A stretch of 63,025 nucleotides of DNA, the filler included. It is 5 parts of 5 records of this genome, joined end to end, with 100 filler letters (N's around TTAATTAATTAA, not from the genome) between each part and the next. Parts side by side here need not be neighbours in the genome. Positions count along the whole stretch, not along the records: positions 31,624 to 59,801 come from SRR20825010_1544; 4 more parts are not named here. One strand, 5' to 3'. Each line of letters opens with the position of its first letter. Within the stretch, counting starts at the first letter, position 1. Below the pieces are notes generated by a model. The model ran no database searches. It saw only the letters and a list, made by a program, of their open reading frames with translations, and had not been told where the DNA came from. Below are positions 36,404 through 46,641 of the stretch, piece by piece. Position numbers and translations under genes: made by a program.

Positions 36404-37807
36404 TTAATTACCCTTCACCCTAAAAATCCAGGTCTTGTCCTCATACTGGCCAAAAAACTTGCTGTCGCGGGCTTTTCTGGCCTCATCCATGGTATTGTAT
36501 CGTTCCAGATACACATAATTGTACTTGTTGAAGCTCCTATAAAAAGATTTCGGTTCCATACCCTTCTCCCGTAGTGTCTTCATAAAGTTGTCGAAGTACT
36601 TTTTGGTGCCGTATACATTGGCAATCAGATAAAAGCCAGGTTCCAGACCGTCTTCATTTTCAACTTCCTCGTATCTTTCATTGGGCTTCACCTCTACTGT
36701 CTGATTTTGAAGGCGCTCAATACTATCCTTCTTTCTTTGTAGTTCCATTTGCTCTTTGAGGCGTTGAACCTCTGCCAAGGAATCCTTCTCTCGTTCTATC
36801 CGTCTCCTGGCTTCAAGCTCCCTTTGTTCCTGCTCCAACCTTTGTCTCTCGACCTCTTCTTCAAGCGTATTCGATTCTTCAATCTTCTTTATCTTCGGTT
36901 TTGTTTTTCCAAAATGATAGGAGGCCAATATTTCTATGGAGGGTTCTTCCTCTACAAGAGAACCATCGGTTCCAAATTCCATCAGCCCACCAATAGAAAA
37001 GGATTTTGCGATGGTAACCCCTAAACCACCTGATGGACCGTAAAAGCTATTATAACCGCCCTGTACCCAGAATCTAGATGTGGAAAACAATCCATTCAGT
37101 CCAAATTGGGTATCGGCATTAGGCACCGTTTTGACATAGAGTACCGGGCGAATATAGCTCGCGCCAAGACCTGGGGAAAGTTCAACTGGAAAATCATTGC
37201 TCAATGTACCCGTAATGCTCTGAAAGTTGCCCACACTGCCGCTGTCGTTTCCTGAAATATTGAATCCGATGGCATTTTCAAAAGCTATCCCAGCACTGAA
37301 TCTATTTACCAACAACCGCAGTCCGGGGGAAAATTGAACCTTAAGTCCCTCCAAATCCTCCAAGGCAATGGGGTCCAACTGATCATCTGGAACATATTGC
37401 TCATCCGCCACTGTTTGTTGATAGACGAATGTATTCAAGCCCGCCATTAACTTGATTCCCTCATCAAGTTCAAAGCCTTGGGAAAAATTCAAATTACCCC
37501 CTGTAAACAAAAATATACCCGTATTGTGCTGTAAAAATCCTATCGATGCCCCCGATGAAGTATTGAACTGATGCGTATAATTGGCAAAAATGGTCGTCGG
37601 GTCCCCATCGATTGTTTGCCATTGCCAACGCGTCCATACCGAAAGGGAGTTCGGATTGTTCCAATCCAAAGCATAGGTAGGATTAAATAAACCTGCATTG
37701 AACTGTGTTAACGAATGTTGTCTAAAATCAGATGGCAGAACGGGCTCTTGTGCCCAGCTTGTCATGTAAATTGCCATTATAAACAAACAAACCAAATATT
37801 TTGGCAT
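36404..37807 (-). CDS. PorP/SprF family T9SS outer-membrane protein with coiled coil and C-terminal SPOR-like domain
   Basis: FNPTYA, RWQW..IDGDPTT PorP N-terminus; barrel end SIEILASYHFG; E/R/Q-rich coil; GFYLIANVY...YNYVYLERY..EARKAR..WIFRV. Confidence 0.8.
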   Translation of the reverse strand: MPKYLVCLFIMAIYMTSWAQEPVLPSDFRQHSLTQFNAGLFNPTYALDWNNPNSLSVWTRWQWQTIDGDPTTIFANYTHQFNTSSGASIGFLQHNTGIFLFTGGNLNFSQGFELDEGIKLMAGLNTFVYQQTVADEQYVPDDQLDPIALEDLEGLKVQFSPGLRLLVNRFSAGIAFENAIGFNISGNDSGSVGNFQSITGTLSNDFPVELSPGLGASYIRPVLYVKTVPNADTQFGLNGLFSTSRFWVQGGYNSFYGPSGGLGVTIAKSFSIGGLMEFGTDGSLVEEEPSIEILASYHFGKTKPKIKKIEESNTLEEEVERQRLEQEQRELEARRRIEREKDSLAEVQRLKEQMELQRKKDSIERLQNQTVEVKPNERYEEVENEDGLEPGFYLIANVYGTKKYFDNFMKTLREKGMEPKSFYRSFNKYNYVYLERYNTMDEARKARDSKFFGQYEDKTWIFRVKGN

Positions 37808-37880
37808 ACGAGAAAATGAAAATTAAACGTTACTTTTAGGCTAATTATCTAAAAAACACTCGTGAACTTTGAATAGAACC

Positions 37881-38405
37881 ATGCGAACCATCAAACCTCT
37901 AATTATACTTGCATTTATATTCTTTGGAATAGTCAGCTGCAAAAAAGATACGAAAATTGGGGAAGATCCTATTATTTCCACCTTCTATTTTATTAGACAT
38001 GCAGAAAAAGATAGAACCGACCCAGAAAACGCGGATCCAGAGCTCAATCAAGATGGGTTGGATAGGGCCATTCGTTGGGCCGAAGTTTTTGATGCCATTC
38101 CTTTGGACATGGTATATTCTACCAATTACGAGCGCACCTCAATGACGGCTGCTCCAACTTCTGTAAAAAAAGATATTGACATTACATACTATGATCCCAG
38201 CACATTTGATGTGGAAGAGTTCAAATTGATCAATGAAGGTAAAAATGTTTTGGTCGTTGGACATAGCAACACTACACCAATGCTTGTAAACAAAGTAATT
38301 GGAGTGGAAAAGTACGGCCCAATGGACGATTCTGACAATGCCAGTCTGTTCATCGTACGAATCATTGATGGGGTACCGACCGATATTCGTTTAAAAATGG
38401 ACTAG
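37881..38405 (+). CDS. Histidine phosphatase (SixA / phosphoglycerate mutase family) lipoprotein
   Basis: Lipobox IVSC, FIRHAEK, STNYERT, VVGHSNT. Confidence 0.88.
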   Translation: MRTIKPLIILAFIFFGIVSCKKDTKIGEDPIISTFYFIRHAEKDRTDPENADPELNQDGLDRAIRWAEVFDAIPLDMVYSTNYERTSMTAAPTSVKKDIDITYYDPSTFDVEEFKLINEGKNVLVVGHSNTTPMLVNKVIGVEKYGPMDDSDNASLFIVRIIDGVPTDIRLKMD

Positions 38406-38407
38406 GT

Positions 38408-39145
38408 TTATTCTACCACAATATTTTTGAGCTCAATTTTACTTAAGAGTTCAAGCTCACCTTCGTTGTACAACTTTCCAATGTCCAAAATAGACGCTCC
38501 TTCTTTCTTAGGTTTATAATTTTCGTAATCTACAAATCGAATACCGTTGATATAGCGTTCATTGTAAGCTTTTCTAAAGCGTTGACCACCTCCGTTCACA
38601 TGAAAGTCATACGCTAAATAATCAGGTTTAAATGATTCTTTATCAAACCAATACAGATAAGTATCCTCAAAATCTTCACCCCCGCCCTGTTGGTCAAACG
38701 TTACCTTTACTTTGTAATATTCTTTGTTTTTGATAGTCTCCTTGCCCAAAAGTTCTTTGTTGACGGCTGCATCGTTCAATCCATAGGGCAACCGCACAAA
38801 ATAATGCACCGAGTTGATGGAATTGGCATATTTCACCGCCATGGTATCGTGGACCATCACCAAAGAATCGTTCATATAACGTTCAAAATCGTCTCCTCGT
38901 TTCACATCAATAATGGTAGTGGAGTCCAAATCTGAGATACGTTTATATACACGTTGCCCATCCATATTTTCAGAAACATAACCTTTGTCCCTAAAATCAA
39001 AAGTCACTCTGTACTCGTCAAAACGTTTTCCTCCGCTATCGGCAATGGAATTATCCACGATTTGCTGCACTGTCAATTCTTTTTTGGATTCTTGCTTGCA
39101 TGCGATGACAAAAACAAGTATCAGAGGAATTAAAATTCTTTTCAT
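38408..39145 (-). CDS. DUF6503-like lipoprotein
   Basis: Lipobox VIAC; FDFRD, NSVHYFVRLPYGLND, GGGEDFED, GIRFVDY. Confidence 0.7.
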   Translation of the reverse strand: MKRILIPLILVFVIACKQESKKELTVQQIVDNSIADSGGKRFDEYRVTFDFRDKGYVSENMDGQRVYKRISDLDSTTIIDVKRGDDFERYMNDSLVMVHDTMAVKYANSINSVHYFVRLPYGLNDAAVNKELLGKETIKNKEYYKVKVTFDQQGGGEDFEDTYLYWFDKESFKPDYLAYDFHVNGGGQRFRKAYNERYINGIRFVDYENYKPKKEGASILDIGKLYNEGELELLSKIELKNIVVE

Positions 39146-39225
39146 GAGTTGGTTTTGGTAGTTATTCGTAAAATCTAGTGTAACATTACAATTTTCTTGG
39201 CAAAGAGTTTATATTTTTGTCCACG

Positions 39226-39687
39226 ATGCAGAAAAATATCAACATAAAAAATAGAAGGGCCCGATTCGATTACGAAATTCTGGACACCTACATGGCAGGT
39301 ATTGTTTTAGGTGGTACCGAAATAAAATCACTTCGAGAGGGCAAGGCTTCCATTTCACAAAGTTTTTGTGAGTTTAATGACAAAGGGGAACTGTTCGTAG
39401 TCAACATGCAGATTGATGAATACAGCCACGCAAGTCATTTCAACCACGCTCCAAAGGCTGTACGTAAATTGTTGCTGAACAAGCGGGAACTAAAAAAGCT
39501 CCATAAAGAAGTGGCCACCACAGGGCTCACCATTGTCCCGCTGAAGGTTTTTATAAATGATAGAGGTCTCGCCAAGATGAACATTGGCCTGGCCAAGGGT
39601 AAAAAGTTGTATGATAAACGGGAAACCATCAAAAGCCGTGATAGCAAACGGAACTTGGACCGAATCAAAAAAAGTTTCAACAACTAG
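39226..39687 (+). CDS. smpB: SsrA-binding protein
   Basis: [35 protein letters not shown]. Confidence 0.97.
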   Translation: MQKNINIKNRRARFDYEILDTYMAGIVLGGTEIKSLREGKASISQSFCEFNDKGELFVVNMQIDEYSHASHFNHAPKAVRKLLLNKRELKKLHKEVATTGLTIVPLKVFINDRGLAKMNIGLAKGKKLYDKRETIKSRDSKRNLDRIKKSFNN

Positions 39688-40325
39688 TTCTTGTCTTCCA
39701 GCAAGGGCACAAAACGGAACGAACCGAATTCCTTCTTTTCAAATTCCTTTTCAGATTTTCGTACGAACAAAGTCATGATTTGTTCATCTGTCCCCACGGG
39801 AATCACCAACCTGCCCCCTACTTTCAATTGAGCCATTAGAGGCCTTGGTACTTCAGGAGCCCCAGCGGTTACGATAATACCATCAAAAGGAGCTTCTTCA
39901 GGCAATCCTTTGTAACCATCACCAAAAATCATTTTCTTGGGACGGTAATGCATTTTATTAAAAAATAAGCTGGTGGTCTTGAACAGTTCCAACTGACGTT
40001 CAATAGTATAAACCTTAGCGCGTAAATGCATTAAAACAGCCGTTTGATACCCGCTCCCCGTACCAATTTCCAAAATTTTGGCATTGGGCTTCACTTCCAA
40101 TAATTCTGTTTGAAAAGCCACAGTATAAGGTTGTGAAATGGTCTGGTCAGCCCCAATGGGAAACGCCTTATCCTGATACGCATGGTCCTCAAAGCTACTA
40201 TCCAAAAACAAGTGTCTCGGTATCGTTTTTATAGCATCAAGTACCTTATTGTCGGTAACTCCTTTGGCAGCAACTATATCGGCCAAGTTCTTGCGCATTC
40301 CCCTATGTTTGAGTGTATCCTTCAT
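39684..40325 (-). CDS. pcm: Protein-L-isoaspartate O-methyltransferase
   Basis: [43 protein letters not shown]. Confidence 0.96.
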   Translation of the reverse strand: MKDTLKHRGMRKNLADIVAAKGVTDNKVLDAIKTIPRHLFLDSSFEDHAYQDKAFPIGADQTISQPYTVAFQTELLEVKPNAKILEIGTGSGYQTAVLMHLRAKVYTIERQLELFKTTSLFFNKMHYRPKKMIFGDGYKGLPEEAPFDGIIVTAGAPEVPRPLMAQLKVGGRLVIPVGTDEQIMTLFVRKSEKEFEKKEFGSFRFVPLLEDKN

Positions 40326-40439
40326 GGTCTGTGGTCTGGTGGCACGAATTTATAAAGTTCCTAAAAATATCCCCTTAGTTCCGTTCAAAAATTTATGGAA
40401 ACTGACATCATATCCGTATTTTTGACCAAAACAGGTATT

Positions 40440-41405
40440 ATGCTAAAAGTTGGTGTCCTGGGAGCGGGACATTTAGGAAAAATACACCTAAGGCTCTTAA
40501 ACCAATCAGATAAATACGAACTCGTCGGGTTTTATGATCCAGATGAAATCAATGCAAAAAAAGTAGCGGCAGAATTTGGGTATACCCACTACGATAACAT
40601 CAATAATTTGATGGATGCCGTGGATGTTGTTGATATTGTAACACCTACCTTGTCGCATTTTGATTGTGCCAAAAAAGCCACCCAAAAAGGCAAGCATATC
40701 TTCATAGAAAAACCAATTACCAATACGCTTGAGGAAGCTGAAGAATTATTGGAGCTTTCCAAAAAACACAATGTAAAAGGGCAAGTTGGACATGTGGAGC
40801 GCTTTAACCCCGCATTTTTGGCGGTAAAGAACAAAATTGAGAACCCCATGTTCATCGAAACGCATCGTCTGGCGGAATTTAATCCCCGCGGAACCGATGT
40901 GCCTGTAGTGTTGGACTTGATGATACACGACATCGATGCCATTTTGAGCGTTGTTCCTTCCGAAGTGGAAAAAATTAACGCAAGCGGGGTCTCCGTGATA
41001 AGTCAGTCTCCCGATATCGCCAATGCACGCATACAGTTCAAAAATGGCTGCGTGGCCAACCTTACTGCCAGCAGAATCTCTTTGAAAAATATGCGAAAAT
41101 CCCGCTTCTTTCAACGTGATGCCTACATCTCGGTGGATTTCTTGGAGAAAAAAGTTGAAGTGGTAAAAATGAAGGACGCTCCAGAAAAGCCTGGGGATTT
41201 TGATATGATCCTTCAAAATGCGGAAGGCGAGAAAAAGCAGATCTATTTTGAAAATCCTGAAATAGACGTAAACAACGCCATTTTGGATGAGCTGGAAACC
41301 TTTGCAGATGCCATCAACAACGATACCACGCCAATCGTAAGTTTGGAACAAGGCACCAACGCCCTACGCGTAGCCCTTCAGATAATAGAATCTTTTGATC
41401 AATAA
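40440..41405 (+). CDS. Gfo/Idh/MocA family oxidoreductase
   Basis: GVLGAGHLG, FIEKP, VGHVERFNP, DLMIHDID; start MLKVG at 40440. Confidence 0.92.
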   Translation: MLKVGVLGAGHLGKIHLRLLNQSDKYELVGFYDPDEINAKKVAAEFGYTHYDNINNLMDAVDVVDIVTPTLSHFDCAKKATQKGKHIFIEKPITNTLEEAEELLELSKKHNVKGQVGHVERFNPAFLAVKNKIENPMFIETHRLAEFNPRGTDVPVVLDLMIHDIDAILSVVPSEVEKINASGVSVISQSPDIANARIQFKNGCVANLTASRISLKNMRKSRFFQRDAYISVDFLEKKVEVVKMKDAPEKPGDFDMILQNAEGEKKQIYFENPEIDVNNAILDELETFADAINNDTTPIVSLEQGTNALRVALQIIESFDQ

Positions 41406-41407
41406 TC

Positions 41408-41441
41408 GTTGTCATTCTCTGTTTTTTTTTGAACTGACAAC
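41408..41441. repeat. Short hairpin with GTCATTC/GAA(C)TGAC ends (possible collapsed REP-like remnant or terminator)
   Basis: GTTGTCATTC...GAACTGACAAC. Confidence 0.4.
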
Positions 41442-41459
41442 AGTTTTAAATACTATACT

Positions 41460-42347
41460 ATGGAACAAATAGCAGTTATCGGTGCTGGAACCATGGGTAA
41501 CGGAATCGCCCATGTTTTTGCCCAAAACGGATATAAAGTCAACCTTGTGGATATTTCTCAGGCATCCTTGGACAAAGGAATGGCGACCATTACAAAGAAT
41601 TTAGACCGAATGATTTCCAAAGAAGTCATTGATGGGACTAAAAAGGAAGCTACGTTGTCCAATATTACCACCTATACCAACTTTAAAGAAGGGGTTTCTG
41701 ATTCAGATTTAGTAGTTGAAGCCGCAACGGAGAACTTGGACATCAAACTGAAGATTTTCAGGGACTTGGATGAAGTCTGCAAAGCAGAAGCCATTTTGGC
41801 CACCAATACCTCCTCTATTTCCATCACGCAGATTGGAGCTGCCACCAATCGTCCCGAAAAAGTGATCGGAATGCACTTTATGAATCCTGTACCCATTATG
41901 AAGTTGGTGGAAATCATTCGTGGGTACAGTACTTCGGACGAAGTCACGGAGACCATCATGGAGCTGTCCAAAAAATTGGGCAAAACCCCGACCGAGGTAA
42001 ACGATTACCCAGGATTTGTGGCCAATCGTATTTTGATGCCCATGATCAACGAATCCATAGAAACCTTGTACAATGGCGTGGCTGGCGTTGAAGAAATCGA
42101 TACCGTAATGAAATTGGGTATGGCACACCCCATGGGGCCGCTCCAATTGGCCGATTTTATTGGGTTGGATGTATGCCTTTCCATTTTAAATGTGATGTAC
42201 GATGGATTCAAAAACCCTAAATACGCTCCGTGCCCCCTACTCGTCAATATGGTTATGGCAGGTAAATTGGGCGTGAAATCGGGCGAAGGCTTTTACGATT
42301 ATTCCGAATCCAGAAAAGCGGAAAACGTTTCCGCACAATTCAAATAG
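41460..42347 (+). CDS. hbd: 3-hydroxybutyryl-CoA dehydrogenase
   Basis: GAGTMGNGIA, ATNTSS, GMHFMNP, GFVANRIL, HPMGPL, KSGEGFY. Confidence 0.92.
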   Translation: MEQIAVIGAGTMGNGIAHVFAQNGYKVNLVDISQASLDKGMATITKNLDRMISKEVIDGTKKEATLSNITTYTNFKEGVSDSDLVVEAATENLDIKLKIFRDLDEVCKAEAILATNTSSISITQIGAATNRPEKVIGMHFMNPVPIMKLVEIIRGYSTSDEVTETIMELSKKLGKTPTEVNDYPGFVANRILMPMINESIETLYNGVAGVEEIDTVMKLGMAHPMGPLQLADFIGLDVCLSILNVMYDGFKNPKYAPCPLLVNMVMAGKLGVKSGEGFYDYSESRKAENVSAQFK

Positions 42348-42365
42348 GATTCAAGGAAGGTGGTC

Positions 42366-42460
42366 GTCATTCCGACAAAGCAATGCGACGAGGAATCTCT
42401 TAACTTTAAACCTATAAAGAGATTTCTCATCCCGATAGCTATCGGGACTTTCGAAATGAC
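42366..42460. repeat. REP-like palindromic element, copy 2, containing an extra perfect 18-bp palindrome
   Basis: GTCATTCCGACAAAGCAATGCGACGAGGAATCTC...GAGATTTCTCA-TCCCGATAGCTATCGGGA-CTTTCGAAATGAC. Confidence 0.85.
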
Positions 42461-42542
42461 AAAAAACACTAAGTGTTCTAAATTTAAGTAGCAATAATTA
42501 ATTACAAGGGCAAGCATGCCTTCTAACTAGATAACGAATTTC

Positions 42543-43778
42543 ATGGCCATTATAAAACCTTTTAAGGCCATTCGCCCCACAAAGGACAAAGCTTTTTTTG
42601 TAGCATCGCGTTCCTACGAAGAATATTCCAAAGAGGAGCTGAAAGCGATATTACAGTATAACCCGTTCTCGTTTTTGCACATCATCAACCCAGGTTTCAA
42701 GTTTGAAAAGACTATCAAAGGAAAAGAACGGTTTGGTTTGGTTCACAATCGATATTTGGAGTTTTTGGAGGAAAACATCTTTCAGAAAGATGAGGAGCCC
42801 AGCTTTTATTTATATCAAATTGAAAAGGATGATTTTAAGAGCCTGGGATTCTTTTGCGCCTGCAGTGTCGATGATTACCGAAATAATGTCATCAAAAAAC
42901 ACGAGGACACCATTCAGGACCGTGAAGAACTTTTTGCGGACTATCTGCATACGGTAGGCTTTAATGCGGAGCCTGTTTTAATGACCTATGAGGATAATAA
43001 AACGGTGGATGAAATCTTTCAGCGTAAAATCGAACGTAAGCCCGAATACGATTTCACCACTACGGACAGGGTGAACCATAAACTTTGGAAAATCTCGTAT
43101 CCCGAAGGGATTGAAAAACTGGAAAGGGCCTTTGGCGAACTCAACGCGCTTTATATTGCGGATGGACACCACCGTAGTGCATCTTCCAGCTTGTTGGCAG
43201 ACCTAAAAATGTCCGAAAATGAGAATCACACAGGAGAAGAGGCATACAACTATTTTATGGCCTACCTGATTCCTGAATCTCAAATGCGAATCTCTGAGTT
43301 CAACCGAATGGTCAAAGATTTGAACGGCTATTCAAAAAAGGAGTTTCTGATCCAGTTGGACGAGCATTTCAGAATAGAAAAAAGGGAGGACGGACTGTGC
43401 AAACCATCCAAAAAGCACGAATTCAGTATGTATTTGGCTGGCGAGTTCTATACGCTACATCTCAGGCAAACGAACCACGAATTTACCGATGCGTTGAGCA
43501 AATTGGACACCCAGATTCTGTACAAAACCATTTTAGAGCCTATTTTGGGCATCACAGACCTAAGGAACGATAAACGGATTTGCTACGGTTATGGCAAAAA
43601 CAACCTGATTCAAATGAAGGATTTAGTGGATTCGGGCAGCTATGCGGTGGGTTTCAGTCTGGTTCCTACAACAGTTGAAGAAATCAAGGCAATTGCCGAC
43701 GCAGGTTTGGTAATGCCCCCAAAAAGCACGTATATTGAACCTAAGCTCCGTAGCGGGCTGACTATTTATGAATTATAG
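42543..43778 (+). CDS. DUF1015 domain protein
   Basis: IKPFKAIRP, IKKHEDT, YIADGHHR, MPPKSTYIEPKLRSGL. Confidence 0.93.
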   Translation: MAIIKPFKAIRPTKDKAFFVASRSYEEYSKEELKAILQYNPFSFLHIINPGFKFEKTIKGKERFGLVHNRYLEFLEENIFQKDEEPSFYLYQIEKDDFKSLGFFCACSVDDYRNNVIKKHEDTIQDREELFADYLHTVGFNAEPVLMTYEDNKTVDEIFQRKIERKPEYDFTTTDRVNHKLWKISYPEGIEKLERAFGELNALYIADGHHRSASSSLLADLKMSENENHTGEEAYNYFMAYLIPESQMRISEFNRMVKDLNGYSKKEFLIQLDEHFRIEKREDGLCKPSKKHEFSMYLAGEFYTLHLRQTNHEFTDALSKLDTQILYKTILEPILGITDLRNDKRICYGYGKNNLIQMKDLVDSGSYAVGFSLVPTTVEEIKAIADAGLVMPPKSTYIEPKLRSGLTIYEL

Positions 43779-43784
43779 AAAACT

Positions 43785-44444
43785 ATGTCCATAAAAGATA
43801 ATCTCAATCAAATAAAATCAGAACTCCCCGAGAGAGTTACTCTGGTCGCCGTTTCCAAAACCAAGCCCAACGAGGATATTTTGGAGGCCTACGAAGCGGG
43901 GCAACGCGTGTTTGGAGAGAACAAAGTGCAGGAGATGGTCCAGAAATGGGAAGATTTGCCCAAGGACATCGATTGGCATATGATCGGCCACGTACAACGG
44001 AACAAGGTCAAATACATGGCCGAATTTGTTTCTTTGATTCATGGGGTCGACAGCCCTCGATTATTAAAAGAAATCAACAAGCAAGCGAAAAAGCACAATC
44101 GTGTGATTCCATGTTTGCTACAAATCCATATTGCCGAGGAGGATACCAAATTTGGTCTGGATAAAGCAGAACTGGAGGAGCTTATCGAGTCTGATGCATT
44201 TAAGGCGATGGAAAACATCAAAATTGTCGGGTTGATGGGCATGGCCACTTTTACGGATGACGAAAACCAGGTAAGCAAGGAGTTCGCCCAACTTAAATCC
44301 ATGTTCAATGACCTCAAAACAAAATTGGACGATATCACCATACTTTCCATGGGAATGAGCGGAGATTACCAGATTGCCATTGAGGAAGGCAGCAACATGG
44401 TGCGGATTGGAAGCAGTATATTTGGAGCTAGAAACTATTCATAA
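43785..44444 (+). CDS. yggS: PLP homeostasis protein (YggS family)
   Basis: LVAVSKTKP, FGENKVQE, WHMIGHVQRNK, SMGMSGDY, VRIGS. Confidence 0.96.
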   Translation: MSIKDNLNQIKSELPERVTLVAVSKTKPNEDILEAYEAGQRVFGENKVQEMVQKWEDLPKDIDWHMIGHVQRNKVKYMAEFVSLIHGVDSPRLLKEINKQAKKHNRVIPCLLQIHIAEEDTKFGLDKAELEELIESDAFKAMENIKIVGLMGMATFTDDENQVSKEFAQLKSMFNDLKTKLDDITILSMGMSGDYQIAIEEGSNMVRIGSSIFGARNYS

Positions 44445-44457
44445 CCAGTAATTTTCC

Positions 44458-45789
44458 ATGTACGCGATACTTGACATTGAAAGCACGGGAGGAAAATACA
44501 ATGAGGAAGGCATCACCGAAATCGCCATCCACAGGTTTGATGGGCACCAGGTGGTAGACAAATTCATCTGTTTGATCAATCCCGAACGGGAAATACAGCC
44601 TTTTGTGGCCAAACTCACGGGTATCAACAATAAAATGTTGCGTTCGGCACCCAAGTTTCACGAAGTGGCCAAACGTATTGTGGAAATCACCGAAGATGCC
44701 GTTTTAGTGGCGCACAATGCCCAGTTCGATTATAGAATCCTGAGAACCGAGTTTCGGCGTTTGGGGTACGATTTTCAGCGCAAGACACTTTGTACGGTAG
44801 ACCTTTCCAAGCAGCTTATCCCTGACGCGGAGTCGCACAGCTTGGGAAAATTGGCCCGTTCGCTCGGCATACCCATGAGCGATAGGCACCGTGCCAATGG
44901 TGATGCACTTGCCACCTTGAAGCTTTTCAAATTATTATTGGACAAGGATTCTGACAAAAAAATCATTACCGAAGTCATCCGCGAGGAGACCCACGGGGAA
45001 CTTTCCCCCACCCAATTGGATATGGTCTTCGACCTGCCATCGGAAACTGGGGTTTACTACATGCACGACAAAGATGGACAGATTATCTTTATCGGGAAGA
45101 CCAAGGATATTAAAAAGCGGGTGAATCAGCATTTTACCAATGTGGGGAAGGTCGCGCGCAAACTTCAAAAGGAAACCAAGAAAGTTACCTACGAAAAAAC
45201 AGGAAGCGAACTCATTGCCATTTTAAAGGCGTATTTGGAACAGAAAAAGAACAGACCCAGATATAATCACGTTTCCAAAGGAAAACTCTTTACGCACACC
45301 ATAGATTTTAGTCAAAACGGAACGGAGCATATCATGTTGGTGCCGGAAAAGAATCGGTCGCTCGAACATAAAAAGTTGGCCTTTAATGGTATCGAATCGG
45401 CACGAAGCTTTGTGAAAAAGGTTTCCGAAGAGTTTGATTTCTGCCCGGCCTCATTGGAAACGGACAATAAATGCCTGAGGGCAATTAATGCTCCAGATGC
45501 TTTGGAATGTAACAAAAAAGTACAGTCCGCGTTTGAAAAGTACAGCATCCAGGATAAAAACGTGGCCCTGACCGATCAGGGCAGACATGTTGGGGAGCGA
45601 AGTTTTATTTTAATTAAAAATGGTAGACTCCAAGGGTTTGGATTTGTGGAACTCAACCATCAAATCAATAATATTCATATCTTAGAATCCATAATGACCC
45701 CGATGCGGAGCGATGAAAATACGACCTTCATCATTGAAACTTTTTTAAGAAAAAACAACCGACTCAAAACCATACCACTAACTTCTTGA
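44458..45789 (+). CDS. DnaQ-like DEDDh 3'-5' exonuclease fused to a UvrC/Cho-like GIY-YIG domain
   Basis: ILDIESTG, AHNAQFD, RHRANGDA; GVYY..FIGK...RVNQHF...RPRYN. Confidence 0.9.
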   Translation: MYAILDIESTGGKYNEEGITEIAIHRFDGHQVVDKFICLINPEREIQPFVAKLTGINNKMLRSAPKFHEVAKRIVEITEDAVLVAHNAQFDYRILRTEFRRLGYDFQRKTLCTVDLSKQLIPDAESHSLGKLARSLGIPMSDRHRANGDALATLKLFKLLLDKDSDKKIITEVIREETHGELSPTQLDMVFDLPSETGVYYMHDKDGQIIFIGKTKDIKKRVNQHFTNVGKVARKLQKETKKVTYEKTGSELIAILKAYLEQKKNRPRYNHVSKGKLFTHTIDFSQNGTEHIMLVPEKNRSLEHKKLAFNGIESARSFVKKVSEEFDFCPASLETDNKCLRAINAPDALECNKKVQSAFEKYSIQDKNVALTDQGRHVGERSFILIKNGRLQGFGFVELNHQINNIHILESIMTPMRSDENTTFIIETFLRKNNRLKTIPLTS

Positions 45790-45792
45790 TCA

Positions 45793-46641
45793 TTGAAAGA
45801 ATTCAAACCACAAGCCAAATGGAAAAAAAAGCTTCATGAAGTTATTTATGAGGCCGATACACCAGCAGGCAAGTCTTTTGATATTCTTCTGTTCATACTG
45901 ATCATCATCAGTGTTATTTTGGTGATGTTGGAGAGCATTGATGAGTTTGATGAGCATTACCACAAAACATTACTTACCCTAGAGTGGATTGTGACCATCT
46001 TTTTCACCCTGGAGTACATTGCTCGCTTGATCAGCATTAAAAAACCTTTGAAATACGTTTTTAGTTTCTATGGCATTATAGACTTCCTGTCCACAATACC
46101 TCTCTACCTTTCCTATATTCTGGCAGGCTCACAAGTTTTGTTGGCCGTAAGGGCTTTCCGGTTACTTCGGATTTTCAGGATTTTGAAGTTGGTCAAGTTC
46201 ATGGGCGAAGCTTCGCAGCTACAATCGGCGTTAAGGGCAAGTCGCGCCAAAATAGCCGTGTTCATTTATGTGGTTTTGATTCTGTCCGTTATCATGGGTA
46301 CATTGATGTATATCGTGGAAGGGGATGATTCTGGGTTTACAAGTATTCCCAAAAGTATCTATTGGACCATTGTTACACTTACCACAGTGGGCTACGGCGA
46401 TATTGCTCCGCAGACCAATTTGGGACAATTTTTAGCAACGGTGATCATGGTTTTGGGTTATGGAATAATTGCAGTGCCCACAGGCATTGTTACGGCTGAA
46501 TTCACCAAAAACACGAAAGACAATACAAGTGATGATGATGGTTTTCTGGTGCATGTAAATACGCAAGCCTGTCCCAGCTGTTCGGTAGAAGGCCACAGGG
46601 ATGACGCCACCCATTGTTATAATTGTGGACACCCGTTATGA
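45793..46641 (+). CDS. Voltage-gated-type potassium channel (ion transporter) with C-terminal CxxC..CxxC
   Basis: S4 RAFRLLRIFRILK, filter TTVGYGD, CPSC..CYNC; TTG start. Confidence 0.92.
   Translation: MKEFKPQAKWKKKLHEVIYEADTPAGKSFDILLFILIIISVILVMLESIDEFDEHYHKTLLTLEWIVTIFFTLEYIARLISIKKPLKYVFSFYGIIDFLSTIPLYLSYILAGSQVLLAVRAFRLLRIFRILKLVKFMGEASQLQSALRASRAKIAVFIYVVLILSVIMGTLMYIVEGDDSGFTSIPKSIYWTIVTLTTVGYGDIAPQTNLGQFLATVIMVLGYGIIAVPTGIVTAEFTKNTKDNTSDDDGFLVHVNTQACPSCSVEGHRDDATHCYNCGHPL

Noticed and set aside
39226-39687. Possible tmRNA (ssrA) next to smpB
   Set aside because: smpB is tightly flanked by CDSs; no space or tRNA-like ends for ssrA.
40746-41351. 201-aa antisense ORF and many similar 60-180 aa ORFs nested in contig 3 and 4 genes
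   Set aside because: Opposite-strand or alternate-frame shadows of well-supported housekeeping genes.
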